Below are positions 7,617 through 17,540 of a stretch of 64,000 nucleotides of DNA, piece by piece. The stretch spans positions 11,308-75,307 of the forward strand of contig WQWC01000005.1 in NCBI GenBank assembly GCA_009785525.1, read 5' to 3'. The notes under the pieces are model-generated. The model made no database searches and had not been told where the DNA came from. It saw only the letters and a program-made list of their open reading frames with translations. Position 1 is the stretch's first letter. Each line of letters begins with the position of its first letter. The stretch comes from Oscillospiraceae bacterium (GTDB lineage: Bacteria; Bacillota; Clostridia; Oscillospirales; Oscillospiraceae). Both the position numbers and the translations under genes were made by a program.

Positions 7617-9038
7617 ATGCAAATTTGGACGGGAGTGTTAAATACATTGACCTTCAAACAATATATCCAATCCCTCGCTGGCTCTCGTGTTGCTGTTGTC
7701 GGGATGGGCATCAGCAACACGCCGCTTATTGAGCGACTTCTCAATGTTGGAATCAACACGATAATCTGCGACAAGCGCAACCGCGAAGAGCTGGGCGAAG
7801 CTCTGGTAAAATTTGAAAATCTCGGAGCGGAATTTAGGCTTGGAGAACAGTATCTCGCGGGCTTGGACGCGGATGTTATCTTCCGCACGCCGGGGCTTAT
7901 GCCGACTAATCCGGATATCCAAGCAGCCGTGGCTCACGGAGCTGTGCTGACCAGCGAAATGGAAGTTTTTTTCCAAATTTGTCCATGCCGAATTATCGGC
8001 ATAACCGGCAGTGACGGCAAGACGACGACGACCTCAATAATCGCGGAGCTGCTGCGGCGGGATGGTTCCCGGACAATACACGTCGGCGGGAATATCGGCA
8101 GACCGCTATTGTGCGATGCCGACGACATGTCGCCGGATGACATTGCTGTGCTGGAGTTGTCTTCGTTTCAACTGGTCTCAATGCGGCAGAGTCCGGATAT
8201 TGCTGTTGTGACGAATCTTGCGCCGAATCATCTGGATGTTCACAACGACATGGAGGAATACGCCGAGGCGAAGAGTCATATTTTTATGCACCAGAGTGCC
8301 GGAGACACGGCGATTTTCAACCTTGACAATGATTTTACAAGGCGCTATGCAGAATCCGCACCTTCCGGGAACATCCGGTATTTTAGCCGTCGGGAGCGGA
8401 TTCGTGATGGTGTGTTTCTTGAAAACGGGATAATTTGGCTGTCGCACGACGGGCAGACAGAAAAGATAATGACGGTGGACGAAATCCTGCTGCCGGGCGT
8501 GCATAATGTGGAGAATTTCATGGCGGCATTTGCCGCGGTGCAGGGATTGGTCAGTAGGGGAATAATGGCAGAGACAGCCCGCACATTCAATGGCGTGGCG
8601 CACAGGATTGAGCTTGTCCGCGAACGCAACGGCGTGCGGTTTTACAATGATTCGATCGCCACAAGCCCGACACGGACAATCGCGGGGCTGAAATCGTTCG
8701 GCGAAAAAGTGATCCTGATAGCCGGAGGCAAGGACAAAGGCGTGCCGTTCGACGAACTGGGAGCCGAAATCGTGTCCGGCGTGAAAACGCTTGTACTGAC
8801 AGGTCACGCGGCGGAGCAGATTCGTGACGCGGTTGTTAACTCACCGGGATATGCCGCAGGGAGTCCGGAAATAATTATGCGGGAAGATTTTGCTGACGCG
8901 ATAAAATCTGCGGCGGACGCGGCAGAGGAGGGCGACGTGGTGATCCTATCTCCGGCATGTTCGTCATTCGACAGATTCAAAAATTTTGAAGAGCGCGGAA
9001 ACGCTTTTCGTGAAATTGTGAAAGGGCTTTTGCTATGA
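7617..9038 (+). CDS. murD: UDP-N-acetylmuramoyl-L-alanine--D-glutamate ligase
   Basis: VAVVGMGISNTPL N-terminal Rossmann region, GITGSDGKTTT P-loop and Mur ligase C-terminal region. The track ORF (from 7368) has an implausible AT-rich N-terminal extension. First sensible start is ATG 7617 (MQIWTG...). Confidence 0.9.
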   Translation: MQIWTGVLNTLTFKQYIQSLAGSRVAVVGMGISNTPLIERLLNVGINTIICDKRNREELGEALVKFENLGAEFRLGEQYLAGLDADVIFRTPGLMPTNPDIQAAVAHGAVLTSEMEVFFQICPCRIIGITGSDGKTTTTSIIAELLRRDGSRTIHVGGNIGRPLLCDADDMSPDDIAVLELSSFQLVSMRQSPDIAVVTNLAPNHLDVHNDMEEYAEAKSHIFMHQSAGDTAIFNLDNDFTRRYAESAPSGNIRYFSRRERIRDGVFLENGIIWLSHDGQTEKIMTVDEILLPGVHNVENFMAAFAAVQGLVSRGIMAETARTFNGVAHRIELVRERNGVRFYNDSIATSPTRTIAGLKSFGEKVILIAGGKDKGVPFDELGAEIVSGVKTLVLTGHAAEQIRDAVVNSPGYAAGSPEIIMREDFADAIKSAADAAEEGDVVILSPACSSFDRFKNFEERGNAFREIVKGLLL

Positions 9039-10075
9039 TAGAAGATATTTTGATTGAACTATGCGCGCTCCCCGGCCCGGCCGGATTTGAGCAGCCGGTA
9101 GCGGAACGCTGCCGGGAGTTGCTCGCGCCGTATATGACTGACACGTGGATTGACGTTTTAGGCAACGCAATAGGCGTACGCAAGTGCGGGAAAGACAACG
9201 CGCCGAAACTGCTGTTCGACGCGCATGTTGACGAGATTGGCCTGATAATCACCGGCATTGAGGAAGGTTTTCTGCGATTCCACGCGCTGGGTGGATTAGA
9301 CGCGCGGACTTTGCCCGCGGCGGAGGTGCAAATACTCAGCGACCCGCCGCTATATGGGGTTATCTGCGTGATGCCGCCGCATGTCTTGAAGAAAGAGGAC
9401 ACTGACAAGGCGTTAAAAATAGAGGATCTGTTCATCGACATTGGCCTGAACCAGGAAGACACAGAAAAAGCCATTCAGCTTGGCACACCGGGTGTGATGT
9501 ATAACGGTGTGCAAAAGTTCGGCGATAATCTGTTGTGCGGCAAAGCCTTGGATGACCGCGCGGGATTTGCCGCGATTCTGTGTGCGCTGGAACTTCTGAA
9601 AGACTCAAAGCTGGATGTGGACTTGTACGTCATGGCCAGCGCGCAGGAAGAAGTCGGGACTCGCGGAGCTGAAACCGGCGCGTTTGCGATTGACCCGGAT
9701 TACTGTGTTGTTATAGATGTCGGACACGCCAAAACGCCGGATTCCAAACCGCAGGAGGTCAAAGAGGCGCTGGACAAAGGCGTGATTATAAGCCGGGGAC
9801 CGAACATGAACCGCGATTTCACAGAAACGGCAGTACGTCTCGCGAAAGAGCAGGAAATCCCGCATCAGATAGACGTCGTTCCCGGCGGCAGCAGCGGCAC
9901 AAATGCCCGGGCGATCCAGATATCCCGCAATGGCGTGGTGACCGCGCTATTTGGGCTACCGATGAAATACATGCACACTCCGTTTGAAGTGTGTTCCATT
10001 GACGATATTGAGAGTGCGGCAAAATTGATGTGTGAGATGGCAAAATCCCTGAAAGGCGGTGGGAATAATGCTTGA
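9035..10075 (+). CDS. M42 family metallopeptidase (glutamyl aminopeptidase / YsdC-FrvX-like), paralog 1
   Basis: LLFDAHVDEIGLIITGI, ALDDRAG and SAQEEVGTRGA motifs. ATGA overlap with the murD stop. Confidence 0.85.
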   Translation: MIEDILIELCALPGPAGFEQPVAERCRELLAPYMTDTWIDVLGNAIGVRKCGKDNAPKLLFDAHVDEIGLIITGIEEGFLRFHALGGLDARTLPAAEVQILSDPPLYGVICVMPPHVLKKEDTDKALKIEDLFIDIGLNQEDTEKAIQLGTPGVMYNGVQKFGDNLLCGKALDDRAGFAAILCALELLKDSKLDVDLYVMASAQEEVGTRGAETGAFAIDPDYCVVIDVGHAKTPDSKPQEVKEALDKGVIISRGPNMNRDFTETAVRLAKEQEIPHQIDVVPGGSSGTNARAIQISRNGVVTALFGLPMKYMHTPFEVCSIDDIESAAKLMCEMAKSLKGGGNNA

Positions 10076-11084
10076 TTTATTGAAAGAACTCTGCGTTTTG
10101 GATGGCGTTTCCGGCAACGAAGGGGCTGTGCGGGACTATATAATAGAGAAGGTATCGGGACATGCGGACGAGGTTATAATCGATGTTATGGGTAACGTGC
10201 TGGTGTTCAAGAAAGGCGCAAAAACTACGGAGAAAACGCTGATGTTGTGTGCTCACATGGATGAAGTCGGCGTGATTGTCACCGGAATCACCGATGACGG
10301 ATATCTGAAATTCGCGATGGCCGGCGGTGTTGACGGCAGAGTTTGCGTTGGCAAATCTGTGACTATCGGGCCGAATCGCGTGTTCGGCGTAATTGGATGT
10401 AAAGCGATTCACCTAGTCAAGCCGGACGAGCGCGGCAAGGCGATGAAGACAGAGGACATGTATATAGATATCGGTGCGGCAAGCAAAGAGGCGGCCGAAA
10501 ATCTCGTCGCGCTTGGCGACACGGCCGCATTTGACGACGGCATTGTCGAATTCGGCGACGGGCTTATCAAAGCCAAAGCCATTGACGACAGATTCGGCTG
10601 TGCCGTTATGCTGGAATTAGTTGCCTGTGACTTGCCGGTGGACTGCTGGTTCGCGTTCACTGTGCAGGAGGAAGTTGGCTTACGTGGAGCACACACGGCG
10701 GCGTTCCAGGTGAACCCGGATATCGCGCTTATAATCGAAGCCACAACGGCGGCGGATTTCCCGTCCGTTACGGCCGACAAGAAAATAACAAAGATAGGCG
10801 GCGGTGCTGTCATCCCGTTCATGGACGGCGGCACGATTTATGACCGCGAATTGTACAAAATGCTGACAGAACTGGCTAGAAATAACGGTATCCCGTGGCA
10901 GACGAAAAATGTGATCGCCGGCGGCACCGATGCAGCGGCAGTCCAACGTTCCCGTGCAGGAGTACAGACCGCCGGGATTGCGATTCCCACGCGGAACCTG
11001 CATTCACCGGCATGTGTTGGGAAAGTATCGGATATGGAGGAAGTACGTAAGCTCGTGCGGTTGTTTGTGGAAGCACACGTGTAG
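10068..11084 (+). CDS. M42 family metallopeptidase, paralog 2
   Basis: LMLCAHMDEVGVIVTGI, AIDDRFG and TVQEEVGLRGA motifs. ATG 10068 (MLDLLKEL) overlaps the paralog 1 stop by 8 nt. Confidence 0.85.
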   Translation: MLDLLKELCVLDGVSGNEGAVRDYIIEKVSGHADEVIIDVMGNVLVFKKGAKTTEKTLMLCAHMDEVGVIVTGITDDGYLKFAMAGGVDGRVCVGKSVTIGPNRVFGVIGCKAIHLVKPDERGKAMKTEDMYIDIGAASKEAAENLVALGDTAAFDDGIVEFGDGLIKAKAIDDRFGCAVMLELVACDLPVDCWFAFTVQEEVGLRGAHTAAFQVNPDIALIIEATTAADFPSVTADKKITKIGGGAVIPFMDGGTIYDRELYKMLTELARNNGIPWQTKNVIAGGTDAAAVQRSRAGVQTAGIAIPTRNLHSPACVGKVSDMEEVRKLVRLFVEAHV

Positions 11085-11230
11085 GGGGCGATGGAACAAA
11101 ACACCCGCCGACTGCGGTCGGCACCCTCTTTACTAAAGAGGGCGGGGAAAACGTAAAGCAAACCCCTGCCCTCTATGTCCCGAGGGTGGCTCCGCAGAGC
11201 CGGGTGTTTTGCCGTTTCCCGCAATAAATT
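11081..11230. repeat. GC-rich intergenic palindromic element cluster (copy 1)
   Basis: Starts GTAGGGGGCG, whose TAG is the stop of the M42 gene. Then four short hairpins: GCCGAC-tgc-GGTCGGC, CCCTCTTT-act-AAAGAGGG, CCCTC..GAGGG and GGCTC-cgca-GAGCC. Confidence 0.55.
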
Positions 11231-11249
11231 CACCGAAAGTTGACATTTT

Positions 11250-12497
11250 ATGAACATCACAACTAAAATACAAACCCTAGCAACCCAAGCAATGGAAGAC
11301 ATTACCGCCCAATTCAGGAAAATAGACGAGATTGCACAAACAAACACGCAGAAAGTCCTTGCCGCATTCCAAAAACACCGAGTGTCCGACGTCTGCTTCA
11401 ACGAAACGACCGGCTACGGCTACAACGACCGAGGGCGCGAGACGTTGGATTTGCTGTTTGCCGACGTGATGGGTACCAATTCCGCGCTGGTGCGGGCCGG
11501 ATTTGTCAACGGTACTCACGCAATAACATCGGCGTTGTTCGCCGCGCTGCGTCCCGGGGATACGATGCTGTCGGCAACCGGCGCGCCGTATGATACACTA
11601 CGCGGAGTCATAGGCATAACAGGTGAACACCGGGGATCACTGCGGGAGTATGGCATCCAATACGCGCAAGTGGAGCTTGACTCCACCGGAAAGCCTGATT
11701 TACAAGCTATCGAACAGGCAATCGACTCTGACAGCAGCACATCTGCCGTATTTATCCAACGTTCGCGCGGATATTCGCAGCGCCCGTCGTTGACCGTGGC
11801 GGAAATCGGTAAAATTGCCGACCTCGCGCACAGTAGAAATCTCACGGTTATCGTGGACAACTGCTACGGTGAGTTCACCGAGACGTTGGAGCCCGGCGAT
11901 ATCGGCGCGGATCTGATCGCTGGGTCGTTGATTAAAAATCCAGGCGGCGGGATTGCTCCATCCGGTGGATACGTTGCGGGTGAGGGAGAGCTTGTGGACG
12001 CGGCAGCGGCTCGCCTGACAGTCCCCGGAATCGGCGCGGAATGCGGTGCGACGCTCGGCGTCAACAGACTGCTGTTTCAGGGATTGTTTATGGCTCCGCA
12101 TGTCACGGCACAGGCGATGAAAACTGCCGTTTTCTGCGCAAGATTGTTTGAACTCTTGGGCTATAAAACATCCCCTAGCTCATTGGATACACGGTCGGAT
12201 ATAATACAGACGGTGGAGCTTGGCTCGCCGGAGTTGCTGCGGAAATTCTGCCGCGGAATCCAGCTCGGTGCGCCGGTAGACTCGTATGTCACGCCGGAGC
12301 CCTGGGATATGCCGGGGTATGATTGCCCAGTTATTATGGCGGCGGGAGCGTTCATTCAAGGTGCGTCGATAGAACTCTCCGCCGACGCCCCGTTGCGTGA
12401 GCCGTACAGGGCATACCTCCAAGGCGGCCTGACGTTTGAATCCGGCAAGCTGGGCATAATGCTCGCGGCAAGTTCGATGGAGGATAGAGATACATAG
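11250..12497 (+). CDS. PLP-dependent Met-gamma-lyase-like protein of the YnbB / 'aluminium resistance' family
   Basis: The N-terminus (FQKHRVSDVCFNETTGYGYNDRGRETLD) and the length match this family. Call from memory of family signatures. Confidence 0.7.
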   Translation: MNITTKIQTLATQAMEDITAQFRKIDEIAQTNTQKVLAAFQKHRVSDVCFNETTGYGYNDRGRETLDLLFADVMGTNSALVRAGFVNGTHAITSALFAALRPGDTMLSATGAPYDTLRGVIGITGEHRGSLREYGIQYAQVELDSTGKPDLQAIEQAIDSDSSTSAVFIQRSRGYSQRPSLTVAEIGKIADLAHSRNLTVIVDNCYGEFTETLEPGDIGADLIAGSLIKNPGGGIAPSGGYVAGEGELVDAAAARLTVPGIGAECGATLGVNRLLFQGLFMAPHVTAQAMKTAVFCARLFELLGYKTSPSSLDTRSDIIQTVELGSPELLRKFCRGIQLGAPVDSYVTPEPWDMPGYDCPVIMAAGAFIQGASIELSADAPLREPYRAYLQGGLTFESGKLGIMLAASSMEDRDT

Positions 12498-12520
12498 TGC
12501 AACAAAGGATGGAGGCAATT

Positions 12521-13063
12521 ATGATAAATCACATCGGCAGTCAACCTATAACCACTGACAGGTTGACTTTGCGCAGATTTACGGCAGATGACAGTAAAGA
12601 CGCTTTTGAAAAATGGACAAGTTCCTATGATTCAAGGTTTTGGTATCCTCCGCATGAAAGTATTGAAGAAACAGAACAAGAGATCAACGAATATGTTAAA
12701 AATTATTACAATGCGGATTGGTACATGTGGGCCGTTGTCTTTGAAGATGAGCTTATTGGTTTGGTCTGCGGAAATGAGATAAACGAGGATATCAGGAGCA
12801 TCTGTATCGGATATTGTATAACAAAATCTTGCTGGAATAGAGGAATAGCCACTGAAGCGAGTAAAGCCCTTATAAATTATTTTTTTGACATTGGTTTTAA
12901 CAGAGTTTTTTCACATCATAACCCACTGAATCCGTCGAGCGGAAGAGTTATGCAAAAATGCGGCATGACCTTTGAAGGGAAAATCAGAGGCGGCTCAATG
13001 TTCGCGGGGGAGATTTGTGATTGTCTGCAATATTCAATTTTGAAAGAAGATATTACCGGATAA
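12521..13063 (+). CDS. GNAT family N-acetyltransferase (RimJ/RimL-like)
   Basis: LTLRRFTADD start, then the acetyl-CoA-binding core WNRGIATEA. GGAGG RBS 5 nt before ATG 12521. AT-rich. Confidence 0.8.
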   Translation: MINHIGSQPITTDRLTLRRFTADDSKDAFEKWTSSYDSRFWYPPHESIEETEQEINEYVKNYYNADWYMWAVVFEDELIGLVCGNEINEDIRSICIGYCITKSCWNRGIATEASKALINYFFDIGFNRVFSHHNPLNPSSGRVMQKCGMTFEGKIRGGSMFAGEICDCLQYSILKEDITG

Positions 13064-13203
13064 CAATTGTCCGACTCCGCGAATAAGCGTTGCATGAGGT
13101 GATACTTACGCCTAGCGGCTTTCGCAACATGTCCCGAAACCTTAGTGTTTGCCTCATTTTTGAAGTTTCTTTTCTCAGACACCTCTGATTAAAATATTTT
13201 TAC

Positions 13204-13232
13204 TTGACATCCGTTATGGAATCGTGTAATAT
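13204..13232 (+). promoter_or_regulatory. Promoter of the trp leader
   Basis: TTGACA (13204-13209), 17-nt spacer, TAATAT (13227-13232). Confidence 0.7.
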
Positions 13233-13239
13233 ACCTTAT

Positions 13240-13530
13240 AGTTTAATATCAATCTCAAACCGTTGAAGTGGAGATAACAGCAGTATATGCGCATACAGAG
13301 AGTCCGGGCAGCTGAGAGCCGGATTGAAATGCAGATTGCTAAATGGACCGCTGAGGGCATGGTCAAAAGCGTTTGATACGCTGAGTACTCCATGACGTGA
13401 CGCATACGTCAGTTGCGAGGGATATGTTTGTATCCTGCAGAGAGTACGGGTTTTTCTCGTAAATCAAGGTGGCACCGCGGATAAACTTATTCGTCCTTGA
13501 TAAAGCATAATGCTTTATCAAGGATTTTTT
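13240..13530 (+). promoter_or_regulatory. T-box riboswitch leader, probable Trp specifier (UGG)
   Basis: AGAGA stem-I motif near 13297. Candidate specifier AAA-TGG-A at 13344-13346. Conserved T-box sequence AAATCAAGGTGGCACCGCGG at 13461-13480. Terminator with a 14-bp stem at 13494-13524 plus T6. Confidence 0.85.
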
Positions 13531-13552
13531 GCATTTGAAGGGAAGATAGAAA

Positions 13553-13633
13553 ATGTATCAGATGAAAAACAATCATCCAAACGACAAGCGAGAACTTATC
13601 TTTCGATGGCGGATGTGGCATCGGTTTACCTGA
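13553..13633 (+). CDS. Speculative 26-codon mini-ORF with two Trp codons (MYQMKNNHPNDKRELIFRWRMWHRFT)
   Basis: ATG preceded by GAAGGGAAG. Two TGG codons lie 3 codons apart. Located between the T-box terminator and the permease start. May be fortuitous. Confidence 0.2.
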   Translation: MYQMKNNHPNDKRELIFRWRMWHRFT

Positions 13634-13669
13634 TACGTCAAAATAAATAAGTTTTGGAGAATATAAAGA

Positions 13670-15076
13670 ATGCTACAAAAAATAAAAGTACCCTATATTG
13701 GAAGCGGTTTTATGGCGCTGATCGCGGTCATTATTATGGCGGCGCGCCCCATCGCTGATTTGGACGACACAGGACACATTATGCTCGGAGCTATCATACT
13801 TGCTCTTTGTATTTGGATTTTTAAGCCCTTTAAGCTGACTTATGCCATAGGCGGGCTGCTTCTGGCTTTGTTTGGACTGATCGTTGAACTTCCCCCAACG
13901 GTTATCTTTTCCGGATTCACGCAAACGGCGCTCTGGACTTTAGTACCTGCGTTTTTCTTTGGGTATACACTTCAGAAAACCGGACTCGGGCGCAGGATCG
14001 CGATGGCGGTTATTAAAGTGTGCCGCCCTACGTATCTTTCGCTTATTTTCGCCTGGATTCCGATCGGCATGATCTTGTCTATCCTGACTCCGGCGACAAC
14101 TGTACGTGTGGCAATTATGCTCCCGATCGCCGTTCAGTGCGGTGAACTATTTGACCTAAAAAAAGGATCGAAGGGCAACTCGTTGATTTTATTAACTTCA
14201 TTTGCGATGGCACTCATTCCGGGGTCAGGCTGGCTGACAGGTGTGATCTGGGGTCCGTTTATCCAGGGGCAAATGGCGAACGCCGGTATAGACCTTACCT
14301 TTGGAGATTGGCTTGGAGTATTGCTTGTGCCTGTTATCATAGCGACGATTTTATTAGTCGTGGGTGGCTTGCTTCTTTTAAAGCCAGAAGAAAAACTCTC
14401 CAAAGAAGCGATTGAAGCGGTAAAAAAACAACCCATGGAAAAAATGGGGAAAAACGAAATGATATCCGCCGTGATATTAATATCGGTATTTGGATTGTCC
14501 TTAACTGCTAACATTCACGGCCTTTCCACCGCTATCATTTGCATTGCAGCTATGCTGTGTTTCTTTGTGTTCGGTGTGTTAGAAACCAAAGATTTCAATG
14601 CCGCAGCAAACTGGAATCTGGTCATTTTTATCGCTATGGCGTTCAGCCTGGGTCCTATCTTTTCTGCGACCGGGATTTCTGACTGGCTGTCGGGGATTGT
14701 TGTGCCTGCGCTTGCGCCGATTGCTGGCAATCCTTGGTTGTTTGTGTTTTCTGCCACGGCTTTTATGTTTCTTTGGAGTTTGGTCGATGTCGCCATGTTT
14801 CTTCCGACAATCTCAATCATGGCGCCGATACTCCCCAAAATACAAGAGGCGTATCAGATCAGCCCCTTCGTTTGGCTCGCTGTCTTTATACTTGCAGGCA
14901 ATGCTTTCTTTTTGGCATACCAGAATATGTGGGCTGTTATGAGCCGTTCTATCGCGGAAGACAGGGCGTGGACGAATAAGCACCAAAGTAGATACGGCCT
15001 GATTTATTTTGCGGCGTGCCTGATTGCTCTGGTCGCGGCAATCCCCATGTGGATCAATGCCGGGCTATTCGGATAA
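13670..15076 (+). CDS. Ion-transporter-superfamily (DASS/ArsB-like) anion permease, first gene of the T-box-controlled trp operon
   Basis: 468 aa and highly hydrophobic, with an estimated 12 or more TM segments. Central amphipathic linker KPEEKLSKEAIEAVKKQPMEKMGKNE. The two-halves architecture is typical of DASS/citrate-transporter-like permeases. Confidence 0.7.
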   Translation: MLQKIKVPYIGSGFMALIAVIIMAARPIADLDDTGHIMLGAIILALCIWIFKPFKLTYAIGGLLLALFGLIVELPPTVIFSGFTQTALWTLVPAFFFGYTLQKTGLGRRIAMAVIKVCRPTYLSLIFAWIPIGMILSILTPATTVRVAIMLPIAVQCGELFDLKKGSKGNSLILLTSFAMALIPGSGWLTGVIWGPFIQGQMANAGIDLTFGDWLGVLLVPVIIATILLVVGGLLLLKPEEKLSKEAIEAVKKQPMEKMGKNEMISAVILISVFGLSLTANIHGLSTAIICIAAMLCFFVFGVLETKDFNAAANWNLVIFIAMAFSLGPIFSATGISDWLSGIVVPALAPIAGNPWLFVFSATAFMFLWSLVDVAMFLPTISIMAPILPKIQEAYQISPFVWLAVFILAGNAFFLAYQNMWAVMSRSIAEDRAWTNKHQSRYGLIYFAACLIALVAAIPMWINAGLFG

Positions 15077-15125
15077 GAACGTAGATTATATAGATTATAT
15101 TTAAATGTTTAGGAGGGAATCAAAC

Positions 15126-16136
15126 ATGATCAAAGAAGCCATCGTATCCTTGGCGAAGAAACAGGATTTGACCTATGAAACCGCGGAAGCGGTCATGCAC
15201 GAAATTATGACCGGTGAAGCGACCCCCGTTCAAATGAGCGCGTATCTGACTGCGCTGAGTCTAAAAGGCGAAACAACCGATGAAATTACCGCGTCCGCTT
15301 TCGGGATGCGTTCCCATTGTGTGCGTCTTTTGCATGATGCGGATGCCCTCGAAATTGTCGGCACCGGCGGAGACCACGCCAATACCTTCAATATATCCAC
15401 TACGGCGTCCATTATCACGGCTGCCGCGGGTATCCCGGTGGCAAAGCACGGCAATCGAAGCGCATCAAGCAAATGCGGTGCCGCTGATGTGTTGGAAGCC
15501 TTGGGCGTAAATATCAATCTCCCGCCGGAGAAAAGTGCTGAACTGCTGGAGCGTATCGGAATCTGCTTTATGTTCGCACAAAACTATCACATCGCCATGA
15601 AGTTTGTGGCACCGATTCGCCGGGAATTGGGAATCCGAACGGTGTTCAATATCATAGGACCGCTCACAAATCCCGCCGGCGCGAAAATGGAGCTGATGGG
15701 GGTTTATGATCGAGAACTGGTGGAGCCCTTGGCGCAGGTGCTTTGCAACTTGGGCGTAAAAAATGCCATGGTGGTACACGGCGAGGATGGGCTGGATGAA
15801 ATATCACTAAGCGCACCCACATTTGTTTGTGAAGTAAAAGACGGCTGGGTGCGTTCATACACGATTACGCCGGAGCAATTTGGGTTTGAGCGCTGTCATT
15901 CAGATGCGTTGCAGGGCGGAACACCTGCTGAGAACGCTGAAATCCTCACAGCGATATTAAAAGGCAAACAAGGTGCGAAACGAAATGCTGCGGTTCTCAA
16001 CGCGGCGGCAGCCATGTTCATCACAGGAAGATATGAATCCATCGAAATGGCTGTAAAGGTCGCGGAAGAGGTCATCGACAGCGGAAAAGCATATGGAAAG
16101 CTGGAAGAGTTTATCCGCTTTTCAAATGAAAGGTAG
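15126..16136 (+). CDS. trpD: Anthranilate phosphoribosyltransferase
   Basis: EIVGTGGDHANTFNISTTA, KHGNRSASSKCGAADVLEALG and NPAGA motifs. GGAGGG RBS before ATG 15126. Confidence 0.92.
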   Translation: MIKEAIVSLAKKQDLTYETAEAVMHEIMTGEATPVQMSAYLTALSLKGETTDEITASAFGMRSHCVRLLHDADALEIVGTGGDHANTFNISTTASIITAAAGIPVAKHGNRSASSKCGAADVLEALGVNINLPPEKSAELLERIGICFMFAQNYHIAMKFVAPIRRELGIRTVFNIIGPLTNPAGAKMELMGVYDRELVEPLAQVLCNLGVKNAMVVHGEDGLDEISLSAPTFVCEVKDGWVRSYTITPEQFGFERCHSDALQGGTPAENAEILTAILKGKQGAKRNAAVLNAAAAMFITGRYESIEMAVKVAEEVIDSGKAYGKLEEFIRFSNER

Positions 16137-16146
16137 GTAAAATACT

Positions 16147-16935
16147 ATGAGCATACTGCAAGAAATCGCGGCGCATACAAAAAGGCGCGTGGAGGATCAA
16201 AAAACAGTGTTGCCGCTTCCGAAAGTGAAAGAAATGGTTTGTTCACTTGATTGCACCCATGATTTTGCCTTTGAGAAAGCCTTACAGTCAAAGGATATAT
16301 CCTTTATTTGCGAAATCAAGCGAGCTTCCCCGTCAAAGGGCGTGATCGCTTTGGACTTTCGCTATCTGGATATTGCCAAGGACTACGAACAGGCGGGTGC
16401 TGCGGCCATTTCTGTTTTGACCGAGCCGCATTACTTCAAAGGTGACGACCGCTATCTGCGCGAAATCGCCGACACAGTGACGATCCCGCTACTGCGTAAG
16501 GATTTTACTGTTGATGCATATATGATCTACGAAGCGAAGCTGCTTGGAGCGAGTGCAGTGTTATTAATTTGCGCGATACTGGACAAGGAAACGCTGGCTG
16601 AATATCTAGCTATCGCCCATAGCTTAGGTCTTTCTGCGCTTGTGGAAACACATACGGAAGCGGAAGTGGAAATGGCGCTGGCCGCAGGCGCGCGGATGAT
16701 TGGGGTTAACAACAGAAACCTCAAAACATTTGAAGTCGATATCACTTTAAGCAGTCGACTCAGAAAAATGGTGCCGCAGGACATCCTTTTCGTGTCCGAA
16801 AGCGGCGTCCAAACAGCGGAGGATGTAGATGCGCTTCGCAAGCATGGCGTGGATGCCATACTTGTGGGCGAAAGGCTGATGCGTGCGCCTAATAAAAAAG
16901 CGGCGCTAACCGAACTGAGAGGTGGTGTGCTATGA
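16147..16935 (+). CDS. trpC: Indole-3-glycerol phosphate synthase
   Basis: FICEIKRASPSKG, LRKDFTVD, IGVNNRNL and ESGV motifs. Confidence 0.92.
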   Translation: MSILQEIAAHTKRRVEDQKTVLPLPKVKEMVCSLDCTHDFAFEKALQSKDISFICEIKRASPSKGVIALDFRYLDIAKDYEQAGAAAISVLTEPHYFKGDDRYLREIADTVTIPLLRKDFTVDAYMIYEAKLLGASAVLLICAILDKETLAEYLAIAHSLGLSALVETHTEAEVEMALAAGARMIGVNNRNLKTFEVDITLSSRLRKMVPQDILFVSESGVQTAEDVDALRKHGVDAILVGERLMRAPNKKAALTELRGGVL

Positions 16936-17540
16936 CGAAGGTTAAGATATGCGGGTTAAGCCGGGCGGAGGATATAGTAGCTGTCAATCGTGTGTTGCCG
17001 GATTATATCGGTTTTGTGTTTGCCCCGAGTCGGCGCAGAGTAGATATGAAAGCGGCGGCCATATTAAAAGAAACCCTCGATCCGCAAATCGAGGCGGTGG
17101 GAGTCTTTGTGAATGAAGATATGGGCGTCGTTGCGGAGGCCTACCAAAGCGAAATCATCGAAATGGTGCAGTTGCACGGTGACGAGGACGATGATTATAT
17201 TAGGCAGCTAAAAGAGCGTTGCGGTTGCCGGGTGATTAAAGCAGTTGGTGTCGGCGACGCGCTGCCGCCTTTGCCGCTGGAAGCGGATTATCTCTTGTTC
17301 GACACGCTTTCGATAGAGCGGGGCGGTGCTGGCAGAGTCTTCGATTGGAATGTCTTGCACGATTACTGCGGTCTCCCATATTTTCTGGCAGGCGGGCTGA
17401 CAACGCATAATGTAGCCGACTCAATCCGCCAACTTAATCCGTTTTGCATGGACGTAAGCAGCGGTGTAGAAACGGACGGTGGAAAAGACGCGGAAAAGAT
17501 CGAAAAATTTATAGAATCGCTTAGGAGGAGGCAGAAATGA
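16932..17540 (+). CDS. trpF: Phosphoribosylanthranilate isomerase
   Basis: KICGL start, DYIGFVF, QLHGDE and the C-terminal DVSSGVE motif. 4-nt overlaps with trpC and trpB. Confidence 0.9.
   Translation: MTKVKICGLSRAEDIVAVNRVLPDYIGFVFAPSRRRVDMKAAAILKETLDPQIEAVGVFVNEDMGVVAEAYQSEIIEMVQLHGDEDDDYIRQLKERCGCRVIKAVGVGDALPPLPLEADYLLFDTLSIERGGAGRVFDWNVLHDYCGLPYFLAGGLTTHNVADSIRQLNPFCMDVSSGVETDGGKDAEKIEKFIESLRRRQK

Noticed and set aside
13064-13203. Possible regulatory RNA or terminator in the GNAT to trp-promoter spacer
   Set aside because: Only weak 5-bp complementarity with a ~35-nt loop and no U-tract. Nothing distinguishes it from ordinary spacer sequence.
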